Shown here piece after piece: positions 14,362 to 25,914 of a stretch of DNA of 64,000 nt; the stretch's first letter is position 1; the number at the start of each line of letters is the position of its first letter. Made by a program: the position numbers and the translations under genes. The DNA lies in assembly GCA_950097015.1 (NCBI GenBank), contig CATNEN010000007.1, positions 3,224,001 through 3,288,000 on the forward strand, given 5' to 3'. The notes under the pieces are model-generated. The model made no database searches. It was not told where the DNA came from and worked only from the letters and a program-made list of their open reading frames with translations. The DNA comes from Macrostomum hystrix (taxonomy: Eukaryota; Animalia; Platyhelminthes).

Positions 14362-15066
14362 CCATAGTCAGGAAGGTGGCAGTTTGGTCAGAAAATTCCG
14401 GCGCACACAAGCCCTTTTTGGGCACACAACGGCGCACAACAGCGCACAGCGGCGCGCCACAACAGTGCACAGCGGCGCACTGGTGCACAGCGGCGATCCC
14501 ATGTAACGATGTAAGTCGTTACTTGTTACAGTACACTATTCACTGTTCTATCTAATGTAACACTGCATTCTACAAAAAAAGAAAAAATAAAATAAAATAC
14601 TTTCCTTTTCCTTTTTACCTTTGTTTTTGCCATTTGCTTACTTTTTATGTTTGTTTTGTTTTAAAAATTAGAAATTAAATTAAAAATTTTTTACATTTTT
14701 ATTTTCGGTTTAACGATCTCAATTTCTCATAATACAATATAGATAGCCCGTAACCGTCCCGTATTAACCATTATATTCTCTTGTCTCGTGACTCGACTCT
14801 CGTGTAACGTTTATTTATTTCATTCATTTATTCATTTATGAGAATAGAATGAGTTCGCCTTATGCAAATGCAAATTGAAAATATTCAATTTTTGCACAAA
14901 AAGGCGCACAAAAATTGTTGCTATGTTGTAAAAAAAGGTCTTTTATTGTCGCAAGGCAGGTAGTGGCGGGCGCACAACGGCGCACACGAGGGTTTTTGTG
15001 TCGGCGCACAATTTTGGGAGAGGCCAAAATTTGTTCCGGGGCACACTGCCACCTTCCTGACTATGG
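14362..15066. mobile_element. Non-autonomous DNA transposon (MITE), hAT- or P-like
   Basis: Perfect 22-bp TIRs CCATAGTCAGGAAGGTGGCAGT; 8-bp TSD ATTTAGCC at 14354-14361 and 15067-15074; subterminal GCGCACA motifs; no ORF. Confidence 0.92.
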
Positions 15067-16700
15067 ATTTAGCCTAGTATTATTGGTAAATAAATTTCTG
15101 AGCACTGATTATATCTGTTATTTTTTAATAATTGTTAAAGTTTGTCCGCTATATTTTTACCGTTTTCAAAGTCGAAATGTTATTATTTTTAGTGCCGCAA
15201 CGTTATACACTGAGGGACCCCCACGTCTTTCTTTTGGCGTACCACTGGCGTACCACTTGGGAATCCTCCTTTTTCCTTCCGGCGTACCACATTACACCAT
15301 CCGGACTATGGGTCTCAAACAGGCAATCTTCTAGTTTCATGTGTTACATTTTTTACAAAGACAACAGTTTTTTCAACAATTTACTGACTAGGGTAATGTA
15401 TCATCAACCAAACAAGAATGTGCATTTTTTTACTTTGAACCTAAGCTACAGATTTTATTTTTAAGATATGATGATAAATCAGAAGCCAAGTTATAGAAAA
15501 CAGTTATATCTTTCTAAAAAGTATCTGCTTTTGCTGTTTTGTCAAATAGGAAAAAAGTTTTTCGTGTTTTTCATCTAAAACCAAACATTGATTTTCATGT
15601 ATCTTCAAACCAAATGGAGAATTTGATGTTCTGTGAAACACAATAGCTTGTTTCTGTCTTGCATGAGACCAAGGAAGGAGTCCAAATCATTGTTTGGTTT
15701 TGAAGATATACTGTTTGGTTGATGATACATTACCTTAGCAACAATCAGCAAGCCTTTATCTACCAAAATAAATCAATAAAAAGAGTCTGAAGATATGTTT
15801 TTTATGTGCCAGTGCCACCCAGAAAAGTTAAATTATTTTCTCATTAAAATATTTAAAAAGTCTTTATATTTTGTAAAATACTTAAGCATGCAAATCTAGA
15901 GGATTGCCCAAAATAAACTTGTAAAAAAGGCAGAGAAAAAAGAGTATGAACTTTGGTTTGTACAACAGATTGCACAAAGGATTGTACAAAAGACCTGCCT
16001 AGCATGAAGCCATGTATGAACTTTGAAGCCATGAAATGACATCTGCAAAAAATTCCACATCAAATTGAACAAAAGAAATTGAGTCATCTTATTGGTTTAC
16101 TTCTTTTGGTGGTGCTTGATGTCTAGTCCAAATAAATAGACCAAAAATCTTTTGATTTGTTTGCTGAATGTATCTCCGGCCTGTCACAAGCTGCACAGCT
16201 TTCTAGTAATGACAGAAAGTGATTCACAATTAAAACCAAGTTGCGTTTTTCTGTCCCTTTCTCAACTTTTAATTATACTCTCTTTCTTTAATACTCTCTT
16301 TCTGCCAGCATTTTCATTTTAGATACACAATCACGATTGGAAATTGTCTATTGAATTCATTTATTATAATTGTTGCAATGTCTTATACTAGTATAAATTT
16401 GATGTTCAAAGAAAAAGTAATTAGAAGGAATATAATATGACTTGTACATGTGTCCAGCCTTGTTAGATGGCAGTTTAAACAATCATTAAAGGAAATTTAA
16501 GTATGCTTTTGCATATTTTACTGCCTATTATCTATTTAGTAATAAATTAATTATATATATATGCCTCCATAAGATTTTCTAGGTCATGTAACTTTTTGTT
16601 TACAATTACACAAAAATTGCAGACTGTGTGACCAGTGCTAATTGCCAATACTGTCTGGTCTCACTAATTCAAATTCGATAGCAGGCAGGTAGGTGTTGAG

Positions 16701-18907
16701 ATGTCCATGGACACTAAGGAGCTAGCCGATGTGCTAGAAGATTTGGGCCAGCTGGCCGATATTGGCGGAGAGTCTGGACTAGCAGCTGCTCTGTCCGCCG
16801 GCTCGAGTTCCGTTAGCTTTGTGAGGCTTGTAGCTCGCCTGTGCAGTGAGTTATCTGGGCTGCACGGTATTGACGAGTCTGTTACAGAGCCCAAGACAGC
16901 TGATGCGAATGCTGGCGACAATACCGCAGATAACATTGAAGCATTTCACATGGAACTGGCTGGCTTCCTGAGAGAATACGGTTCTCCATACTCTTGCCTT
17001 GCTACTGTTAGTAGTAGTTCCACAGCATCCATTGCGCATCGACTGGAGCAACCCATGGCTAGGCAGCTGCTCTTGCACTATCTGGCCACTGAGGTGCAGG
17101 CTGCCAGGCTCATTCTGCGCACTCGACCATCTGCTCTCCGGGGACCAGCGGCTGCCGCTGCCGCTGCGGCCTCCTCTCAGGAGTCCGACGTGGCCGCTCA
17201 CCTGCGTCAGGCCGTCACAGCACTGGAACTCGGCCGACCGCCCGACGGTGTCACAGCTGGTGAGTTCTAGCTTGGTATGTTTCAGCCTATCGCACTGTCT
17301 GGGACTGTCTCAATGTCCCTCTCCCGCATCCAGGTCAGCTATTCAGCCGTTTTACCGGTCGAGTCTCTGAGCGGATCGCCTCAGCGCCTGACGGGCACCT
17401 TGGCCAGCCGCTGATTAACCCAGACCGGCGGCCTGCGCTTTCGGCTGCCGACTGGGCCAAAGCCCTGGATCTCAGCGCCCGCCTAGCCAGAGAGTACGCC
17501 ACAAGGCGCAGGCTGCTATTGGATAGATTGGACGCGACCATTTCCAGCTTCTTCTGGTCCGATCGAGTTAAAAAAGAGCGCAAACGAGTTGAAGCCGTTT
17601 ATCAACCGTTGAGAGCGGCTATGGAAGGCAGCGGCGAAAGTCTTGTGACTGCCGCTCAACTCTTGGCTAGCAGAGATTGGCTGCTTGCGCTGGACAAGAT
17701 CGACTCAGGAGAGGCCAGGCTGAGAGCTCTGTCTAGCGTTAACAAGGTACGCATTGAAGCTCTGTTGCTTCCTTTCTTTATAAATGGATTGAGCGTTTAG
17801 CGAGCTATGATGGTCAGTGATTGTAACACAGTTTTGGTCCAAAAATATTCCAAAAAAGATTTATTTGTGGTAATTACTGCTTTATTTGACTGCTAAACTC
17901 TTATCTCGTGAAAGTAATTGCATAGAAACCTTACAATAATGACACCAAAATAATATAATACTGATCCATCTAATTATCTAATAATAATTATATATATAAT
18001 TAATAATTATATATATAATTAATTATATAATTAATCTAATAATTAATTAATTAATTAATAATTAATTAATCTAATAATCTAATAAATAATCTAATAATCT
18101 ATAATCCATCTAATAATTATAATACTGATCCTGCTAAATACATTTAGCAGCTTTGGCATGATCTCATTGCAGATTAGCAACATAATCTTAGCTTTAAATA
18201 ATATTAAGTCTAAAAAATAACGCAGTTTAGCAGGGATCTAATGCAGTTTAGCAGGGATCTAATGCAGTTTAGCAGGAATCTAATGCAGTTTAGCAGGGAT
18301 CTAATGCAGTTTAGCAGGGATCTAATGCAGTTTAGCAGGGATCTAATGCAGTTTAGCAGGGATCTAATGCAGTTTAGCTAGAATCAAATCAAGGTATGTG
18401 AAGCTTTCAAGGACAAAAATATCGCAGCTTGTTTTGACTCGCATGCTCCAACGCCGCCAGATCCGCATGGGCACAGTGCCGGATCGGGGCGGCCGGGCCT
18501 GGGAGCTGGAACCGCCGCCGCCTGAAATGCCCGCCTTCAAGCAGCGGGAAACTGGCGGCAGCGACAATTGGGGTGGTGGCCGCGGCGGCGGAGGCGGAGG
18601 CGGCGGCGGTGGAAGAGGCGGACGTGGCGGCGGCGGCGGCGGCGGCTGGCAGCAGAATCCGCCGTATCAGCAGCAGCAGCAGCAGCAAGGCGGATTCTCA
18701 TTTGCGCCAAATTACAATCAGCAGCAGCAGCAGTTCACTTATCAGCCGCCGGCTAGCCAGCATGCATACGAATTTCATCCGGGCGGCTTTGATCAACAAC
18801 AGTTCCAGAATCAGTTTGCCCAGCCCCAGCAGAACTATGGCGGCGGCGGCTTTCATCGAGGTGGCGGTCGCGGAGGTCGCGGTCACCGCGGCGGCAGACA
18901 GTGGTAA
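16701..18907 (+). CDS. FAM98: FAM98 family protein with RGG/Q-rich C-terminus
   Basis: Motifs LEDLG, ELAGFLREYGSPY, EYATRRRLLLDRLDATISSFFWSDR and MGTVPDRGGR...PPPPEMP match FAM98A/B. Phase-consistent exons 16701-17259, 17334-17746, 18461-18907. Confidence 0.93.
18221..18379. repeat. 21-bp tandem repeat (AATGCAGTTTAGCAGGGATCT), about 7 copies, in FAM98 intron 2
   Basis: Directly visible. Confidence 0.95.
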
Positions 18908-19624
18908 CGCGGCTGCTTAATGACTCTGGACCCAAATTTGATCTACTGAATGATTTCATTTGATTTGCACTTTTGGTTTCCTATTCTGTTGCTTTGCTAG
19001 TAAGTTTGCTAATTTGCTAATAGCTCAAATTCATGGTGTCAGATTTAGTAGTAAGTCCCTTCTGTTTTGAGTTCAATAAACCCACATTTCTTTAATTACT
19101 GAATGCCAAAAGTGACGAGGCCCCGCTAGTTTCTTATTACTGTTATATATTGCTGGCATTTCCCTACTTCTGTCTCCTAGTTGTAATAAAACTGAATTTC
19201 TTCTCTCTCTCTCTTCTGTGATTTTCACTTTCTAGCCACAAATTTTGTAACGCAACCATGTCCTCTGCTCTGCTCACCCACCCGCATTTGGGCATAATTC
19301 AGCGATTAAATATATTTATTTATCTTAGATTTTAGTGACCCTCTGATTATCGAAAATCTAATTCTTGAATGCTACTCAAATGTTGACAGGGCTCATGCGG
19401 AGAGATGTTTCTTGTTGCTAATATCATATACATTAACAGTGCCAGGTTTTCTCTTTAGATTTTTGTTCCGGTGACTTTACTGCACTTTAACAAAGCTGTG
19501 ATTCGTTGTAATTATTTTCTTTCGTCTGTTAACATTAGATTTTTGACAATAAATTTCATTACTACTAGCTTGATAAGTAGTGCAGTGCGCAAGTGTTTAT
19601 AAACGAATTGCAGCTAATCAAGCC

Positions 19625-19813
19625 ATGCCTGCCTGGCGAGACGCTGGTCTAAACTACATCCGCTACTCAGCCCTGTGCGCCAAGGTGGTGCGTCACTGCC
19701 TCAAGCCGGAGCTGCAGCGGGAGGCCCTAAAGCGCGAGGGCACCATTGTGAAGGCCTTCCTATGGAAGGACGGCAAGCCGGTTGAGGTGGCGAAGCGAGC
19801 CGCCAGCGCCTGA
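19625..19813 (+). CDS. ATP5F1E: Mitochondrial ATP synthase subunit epsilon, 62 aa
   Basis: MPAWRDAGLNYIRYSALCAKVVRHCLKPE matches the family motif WRxAGLxYIRYSxICA; ATG at 19625. Confidence 0.93.
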   Translation: MPAWRDAGLNYIRYSALCAKVVRHCLKPELQREALKREGTIVKAFLWKDGKPVEVAKRAASA

Positions 19814-20292
19814 ATGTTTAGAGCAAGCTTCAGTACTATGAGTAGCTTTTGTTAAAAAAATGGGACTAAAGTGGGACAATGTAGTTTTTTTCTAAATTAT
19901 TCCCCTAATTTTTTATTCCTCCTGTTGCCGTAGCCCTCAGTAGTTTAGCATTATAGGCTAAGGAAAATATATTGTGTCATCTTTATTAAAAAAGCCATGT
20001 TAAACGAGCGATAATCTTAACTATCTGTTAGAAAAAATTCCCCAAGTAATGAATAATTCCCCGTAACCTGGTTATGGTGTGCGCTGAGCTGCCTTTGGCT
20101 GCGCGAAATCTGTAGCCGAATGATATAAATAAAAAGTTTATCATAACACTGTTCAATTTGAAACTAGATGAATGCGACCTTAGTAAAATCAAATAGAATT
20201 CGATTTTGGTGCCGTGTGGCTGTCTTATTAGATCAAATGAATTTTTTTGTTGTATATATTTTACATTCTCAAATGGAATGTTTTTACACTAT

Positions 20293-21190
20293 CTCCCAGA
20301 TCCTCATTCTGATTCACTATCCCCAGATCCTCATTCTGATTCACTATCCCCAGATCCTCATTCTGATTCACTATCCCCAGATCCTCATTCTGATTCACTA
20401 TCCTCAGATCCTCATTCTGATTCACTATCCCCAGATCCTCATTCTGATTCACTATCCCCAGATCCTCATTCTGATTCACTATCCCCAGATCCTCATTCTG
20501 ATTTCCTTTCTCCCAGATCCTCATGCTGATTCACTATCCCCAGATCCTCATTCTGATTCACTATCCTCAGATCCTCATTCTGATTCACTATCCCCAGATC
20601 CTCATTCTGATTCACTATCCCCAGATCCTCATTCTGATTCACTATCCCCAGATCCTCATTCTGATTCACTATCCCCAGATCCTTATTCTGATTCACTATC
20701 CCCAGATCCTCATTCTGATTCACTATCCCCAGATCCTCATTCTGATTCACTATCTCCCAGATCCTCATTCTGATTCACTATCCCCAGATCCTCATTCTGA
20801 TTCACTATCCCCAGATCCTCATTCTGATTTCCTTTCTCCCAGATCCTCATGCTGATTCACTATCCCCAGATCCTCATTCTGATTCACTATCCCCAGATCC
20901 TCATTCTGATTCACTATCCCCAGATCCTCATTCTGATTCACTATCCCCAGATCCTCATTCTGATTTCCTTTCTCCCAGATCCTCATGCTGATTCACTATC
21001 CCCAGATCCTCATTCTGATTTCCTTTCTCCCAGATCCTCATGCTGATTCACTATCCCCAGATCCTCATGCTGATTCACTATCCCCAGATCCTCATGCTGA
21101 TTCACTATCCCCAGATCCTCATGCTGATTCACTATCCCCAGATCCTCATGCTGATTCACTATCCCCCAGATCCTCATGCTGATCCCCCAG
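20293..21190. repeat. 27-bp minisatellite (CCCCAGATCCTCATTCTGATTCACTAT)
   Basis: About 0.9 kb array directly upstream of DNLZ; source of the HYPQILILI and DPHSDSLSP ORFs. Confidence 0.97.
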
Positions 21191-21213
21191 ATCTTCTGGG
21201 TCTCTTAGGTTTT

Positions 21214-21828
21214 ATGCAAACCAGTTTTATGCATTTCTTGCATTATGCCGTCACAAATGACTTATCCCAAACTGTGCTCCCTCAGTTTCTTCGAACCGTA
21301 CTTCTACGCTGCCACTCGCGGTGTCAAGCAGCGGCGGCTGCTGCTACTTCCGCTGCCAGCAGACGCACCCTGCTGACCTCAATCGCCAATCTTCCGTCTG
21401 CGTTCCGATGCGACCACCTTCGCCTTCTTCAACCCCCACAAGCACTGTCGCCCTCGACAATAGCCATTCGATCACTTTGCGGCGGTTCAGACAAGTCCCA
21501 TCTGCCTAGCACAATTTCCGACTTGCCCGACGTTATTGACAACGACGCCTGTAGCTCAGAGGGCAAGCGTCAGATGGGCATAGTGTTCACCTGCAAGGTG
21601 TGCAACACTAGACAGGCTAAGAGTTTCTCGCGTCTTGCCTACGAGCGCGGTGTAGTGATAATTCGCTGCGAGGGTTGCAAAAATTTGCACCTGATTGCAG
21701 ATAATCTACACTGGTTTAGCCACGTCAGCGGACGGAATGTGGAACAGATTCTGCGCGAGCGGGGCGAGGAGGTGCGCAGATTGAGCGGCTGCTTGGATCT
21801 GCAACTTGGCAGCACTGAGCGGAACTGA
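21214..21828 (+). CDS. DNLZ: DNL-type zinc finger protein (Hep1/Zim17), mitochondrial Hsp70 escort
   Basis: zf-DNL motif FTCKVCNTR...FSRLAYERGVVIIRCEGCKNLHLIADNL. The start is uncertain: ATG at 21214, or a spliced start at acceptor 21285|21286. Confidence 0.9.
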   Translation: MQTSFMHFLHYAVTNDLSQTVLPQFLRTVLLRCHSRCQAAAAAATSAASRRTLLTSIANLPSAFRCDHLRLLQPPQALSPSTIAIRSLCGGSDKSHLPSTISDLPDVIDNDACSSEGKRQMGIVFTCKVCNTRQAKSFSRLAYERGVVIIRCEGCKNLHLIADNLHWFSHVSGRNVEQILRERGEEVRRLSGCLDLQLGSTERN

Positions 21829-22318
21829 CTTTCGGTGTTGCCATTCTCGAAACACATGGCGACATTTGGGACAAACGTCAAGTCTGGAACAATCTGGATG
21901 GAATTTGTAAATAAGAGAATCATTTTTATAAGCGTGTCGCAATGTATGCCTGCAAGCATCAATTGTCACCTTCAGTTATCTCTAATGCATTTCGTTATTT
22001 TTATCCTGTGTGCAGATCATTAAGTACATCTGTATATTCAGTATTGAGTCTTCATGGCTAACACTGCTAGATCTTTGAAGTTTTGCTGCTGTTTCGATTT
22101 CGATTATCATTTGTGACGATAGTAAAACTCGCAGAAAAACTGCTAAACTGTTTCTTAAATTGGGCAATCAAATTAACATGGCCTAACAAAAATGTCTCCC
22201 GTATATTTAATTCGCTTTGTTGCATTTTTTCGAGTTGAAACTTTTTGAGGCGTAACAAGTTGGATTCAAAGAATATAAAAACATTAAGTTCAGCAAGCTT
22301 GCTAACAAGTGCCAGTGG

Positions 22319-23251
22319 TTAGCGCTTCTTAGGGGCTCGTCGTTGGGATTGGTGGCTGCTCGGTCGATTGGAAGGGTGCCGCTTGGCGCATGCAGACATT
22401 CGAGAATCGCCCTTTCGATGATGCTGGGGCAATTGTTGTCGATGATCCTCCTGCTGCTGCTGTCCCTGCTGTCGTTTGATTGAGATGGGTCTGGAAGCTG
22501 CAATACCGATTGCTGGTGTTCCCTCGGCGAAAGTTCCCGTCGCATCACCGTCGGCTCGATCTTCTGCACATATGCCGCTGTTTTCGTCCTCGACGCAGAC
22601 CTCGTCGTAGATGTTATATTCATCAGAGTCAACGTCGTAATTATTTTCGTCCTTGAACTCATCTTCATCATCTTCATCCTCGTCGTCAGACTTATAGACT
22701 AGCATGCAGGAGCAGGACTGCATGAGGCGATACAGTGGACCCCGGGCTGCCGGGCGTCCTCGGACAGCCAATCTGAGGTTGCCTCTGGCTCCGCCTGAGC
22801 CGCCTGGACGAGCTGCGCGTCGGTGGCTGCTGTTACTGCTGCTGCAGCCGCCATCACCGTCACCAATCTCTTTGTCCTCCTTAACGACGGCGTCCTTGGC
22901 GCTGCTACCGCCAAAGTTGCTATTGCACTCAGTTGACGTGACCGTGGCCGTAGACGTGGCAGCGTCTTGTCCGACGCGACCAAACGAGTTGGCATTGTTC
23001 ACCGAATCCAACTCGCTGCCTGTCGACGTGGACTTGCGCTGACAGTCGAAGTCTTCATAATCGAACGCCCGACTGGCCTTAAATACGGCGTCTGTGCCCA
23101 TGAACAGGATGTAGAAGCCGTAGTAACCGATTTGAAGAGCTGCAACCAGGTAGCAAGCGGTCAGCACCGCTGTCTGATACGGATATTCAACCTCTCCTAG
23201 TGCTGTTGGAGCGGGGTCTGTGGCATTCACTGCCATGCAAGCATCGGTCAA
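22319..23251 (-). CDS. Hypothetical single-pass membrane protein with an acidic low-complexity tail
   Basis: 310-aa intronless ORF in coding-like composition; hydrophobic segment AVLTACYLVAALQIGYYGFYILFM; D/E-rich block. No family recognised. Confidence 0.6.
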   Translation of the reverse strand: MTDACMAVNATDPAPTALGEVEYPYQTAVLTACYLVAALQIGYYGFYILFMGTDAVFKASRAFDYEDFDCQRKSTSTGSELDSVNNANSFGRVGQDAATSTATVTSTECNSNFGGSSAKDAVVKEDKEIGDGDGGCSSSNSSHRRAARPGGSGGARGNLRLAVRGRPAARGPLYRLMQSCSCMLVYKSDDEDEDDEDEFKDENNYDVDSDEYNIYDEVCVEDENSGICAEDRADGDATGTFAEGTPAIGIAASRPISIKRQQGQQQQEDHRQQLPQHHRKGDSRMSACAKRHPSNRPSSHQSQRRAPKKR

Positions 23252-24739
23252 ACTATGATTTTGACAAGCTAGGGCCGTTTGTCTATCGCATTGGCTGAAC
23301 TCGATTCGCTTCTCTTACACACAAGAGTCGGAAAGAACTAAAAAACACAGGCGTTCGCCAAACTCGCTTTCTGGACTCAACCATAGACAAGTGTACATGA
23401 ATTAAAATTTCAACTATGTTTTTACCAAGGAGTTCTACAAGTAAAAGTTTAAGATAGTAAAGATAGAAGAAGATAGATCTATCTGATAATAATAATAATC
23501 TCTATCTGTAAAGATAGCAGATTCATAGTGCCAGAGACCGAAAAAGTTCAAGCACAGAAATCTGTCAGCTTGTATAGCGATTTTTTTACATAAAACTGAC
23601 TTATTATCAAGGACTACTAAGAAACTTTTGGGGTGGAGTTGCTAATATGGCTAAGCTTGTTTTTACCCGAGAAAAGTTTTAAACCCTAGACCGCAGAGGC
23701 CCGCGCCGGAAGAAGTGTCTCGTGCAATTTAGGTTTGACGAGCTGCGCCGATTCGCTGATAACACCGTTATGACCGTTACACCAGCAAACTGCAATGCGT
23801 GTTACAATCACTGCTTTTCATTCGTGCCTCGCTGCCTTGCTCGGCAGGAAATTCTCGGTGACTAGTCGCTGAAACTGGCAAATGACCATTATTTTCGCAT
23901 TGTTCGAACTTTTTTTAATTGCTCACCAAAATGTTTCGAATTGTCCGGTTTAAATCTTGTTTGTGGTTCTTATTGGCCTATTTAAGTACTTTTCATTGTT
24001 TCACATATGCACTGTTACTGTCTCTGTCATTAGAAAATTGTTTATTGAGTACTTAGGCACAGCACAATACACCCATTCCTTTTCTCATACTTCTGCTGCC
24101 GAATTTGCTTGCAGTTTGGTGAATTTGAATGCAGTTGGATCAATATGATGGGCTTGTGCCATAGATATTTTTGTATCTGGTTGAGCTGGTGCCGAATTTG
24201 AATGTAGGATTAATATATCGCCGCTGAGTGCTTTAAAGTTCAAAGCGGCGATATATTAGTTGAATTGTAATATGCAAGCTGGGCCATAGACACTTTAACG
24301 TTAGTAAACTTGTTAACGTTGTATGCTTCATCTGTTCCACTTTTGAAATAAACTGTTTTTGTGCTTGTAGCGTTAGACGCACGCTAAATGCGTTACACGC
24401 ATGATGAAAACGCTTAGCGCGGTTGAGTTTCTACCATAGACTACTTGCGTTACACGCACGCTGTCTAACGTTTAATGCACCGCATTGCGTGTTACAATGC
24501 ATTTTGCCGAACTTGAATGTAGTTTGCCGTATTTGCTTGCAGTTCACAAGTATAGCCATAGAGTTTGTCCGAATATGAATGCAGTTTTATTGAACTTGAT
24601 TGCCGAAATGACGAATTTGAGTGCAAAAAGGTGTAAGAAACTTTTAGTAGTCCTTGCTTATTATCTTCTTGAAAACTGGTCCTATGTTTAGCTTCGGAGT
24701 TTATTTTTAAGAGCCAACCCAAATAAAAAGCGATTCATC

Positions 24740-24991
24740 ATGGTACAGTTTATAGTCGCCTTGGTTTTCACAATCCTTCTCAGTCACCACCTGGAGGTGA
24801 ACCAGGAAGAAGATTTCAAGCAGGAGTTCGTCGCCAAAAACCTGGGCTTCACGGGATTGGTTTGCGAAGAGGACGTTGACTGCTTCTTCCCCTACGAATT
24901 CTGCGATGACTCCGAGAAGCAGTGCTTCAGGTTATTCAAGATTCCCATACTGTACAAGACTGCATATGTCAGAATGTTTGGTCATGCCTAA
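24740..24991 (+). CDS. Small putatively secreted Cys-rich peptide
   Basis: Hydrophobic N-terminus MVQFIVALVFTILLS; motif C-x5-C-x6-C-x6-C; GC3-rich codons in an AT-rich context. Confidence 0.55.
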   Translation: MVQFIVALVFTILLSHHLEVNQEEDFKQEFVAKNLGFTGLVCEEDVDCFFPYEFCDDSEKQCFRLFKIPILYKTAYVRMFGHA

Positions 24992-25521
24992 CTGCTTTTT
25001 TACTTATTCGATACCTGATGCTAAGATAATATAAGCAAAATTTTCACCTGCTTGACACCTGCTTAACTTGACATATTAATATAAACCTGTTCCGAGTCTT
25101 TTGCAGGACGATTGATCAAGTGATCCGATTTTGGTGAAATTTTCACGCTCTTTTTCTATTTAACATATTACGGATCACTCAACTGCGTAAGAATCACTTG
25201 TTTAGGACATACGAGCTATTAACAATGAATTATTTTTTTCGCTTCTATACCTATATTAACTTCTCCCTGGTTTCTCATTTCGCGCGCCCTCTTAATGTAC
25301 TCTCTCCTCTCTCCCCCTGCCTGTTCAATTTATTTATTAGCCTTATCTTCTCTCTCGGCTCTGATTGGCTCTCACCTCGTCTCTCTTTCCTTCCCCTGCG
25401 TTTCATCTCTTACCTCTGGCTCTGGCCAGTCCGCGCACATGTTACCCTTCTAACCAACCCCCTTCCTTATCGCTCTGTTAAACTTACATATATTTTAACT
25501 CTCGGCCTGAATTGGCTCACT

Positions 25522-25630
25522 GCCGTATGAACGGGCTCTTACTGCGAGGACTCAATTTGTTGCATAAGAAATCGTTACAATACCTATGGTTCAAGTTTAA
25601 ATCGGAGGCTAATTTAGGGCCAAGCCAGTA
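25522..25630 (+). ncRNA. Spliced-leader (SL) RNA-like gene or pseudogene lacking the 5' splice donor
   Basis: CCGTATGAACGGGCTCTTACTGCGAGGACTCAATTTGTTGCATA is 37/44 identical to the Macrostomum SL as I recall it (CCGTAAAGACGGTCTCTTACTGCGAAGACTCAATTTATTGCATG). The CCGT/ACGG stem is preserved; a second hairpin, an Sm-like AATTTAGG and a GGC-CAA-GCC hairpin follow. Confidence 0.7.
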
Positions 25631-25914
25631 CACCTTTTTGCGTTCAGCGCACTTTATAAAACGAGCTTGCTATAGATAACTTCATCAAATTAGCTCGTAT
25701 TTGCTTGATCTCAGATTCTTAATACAAGTTTTATATATACATTTTTGCCTCCTATTTGGTTTTTTCTGCATTCAAATTAGTGCGTGGCTGTCAGCAGTAT
25801 GACGTGGCAGCGGTGTGGGGATGTAACCATAGAATACGAAATCAATCTGGTAAAAACTGCGCGCAATTTGGGCCATGCCATGGGGGAAGCATAGCCGAGA
25901 CGAAGAATGGCGCA

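Noticed and set aside
20168-21182. HYPQILILI and DPHSDSLSP repeat ORFs, one in frame with DNLZ
   Set aside because: Products of the 27-bp array. The in-frame fusion to DNLZ is incidental, and better splice acceptors lie downstream.
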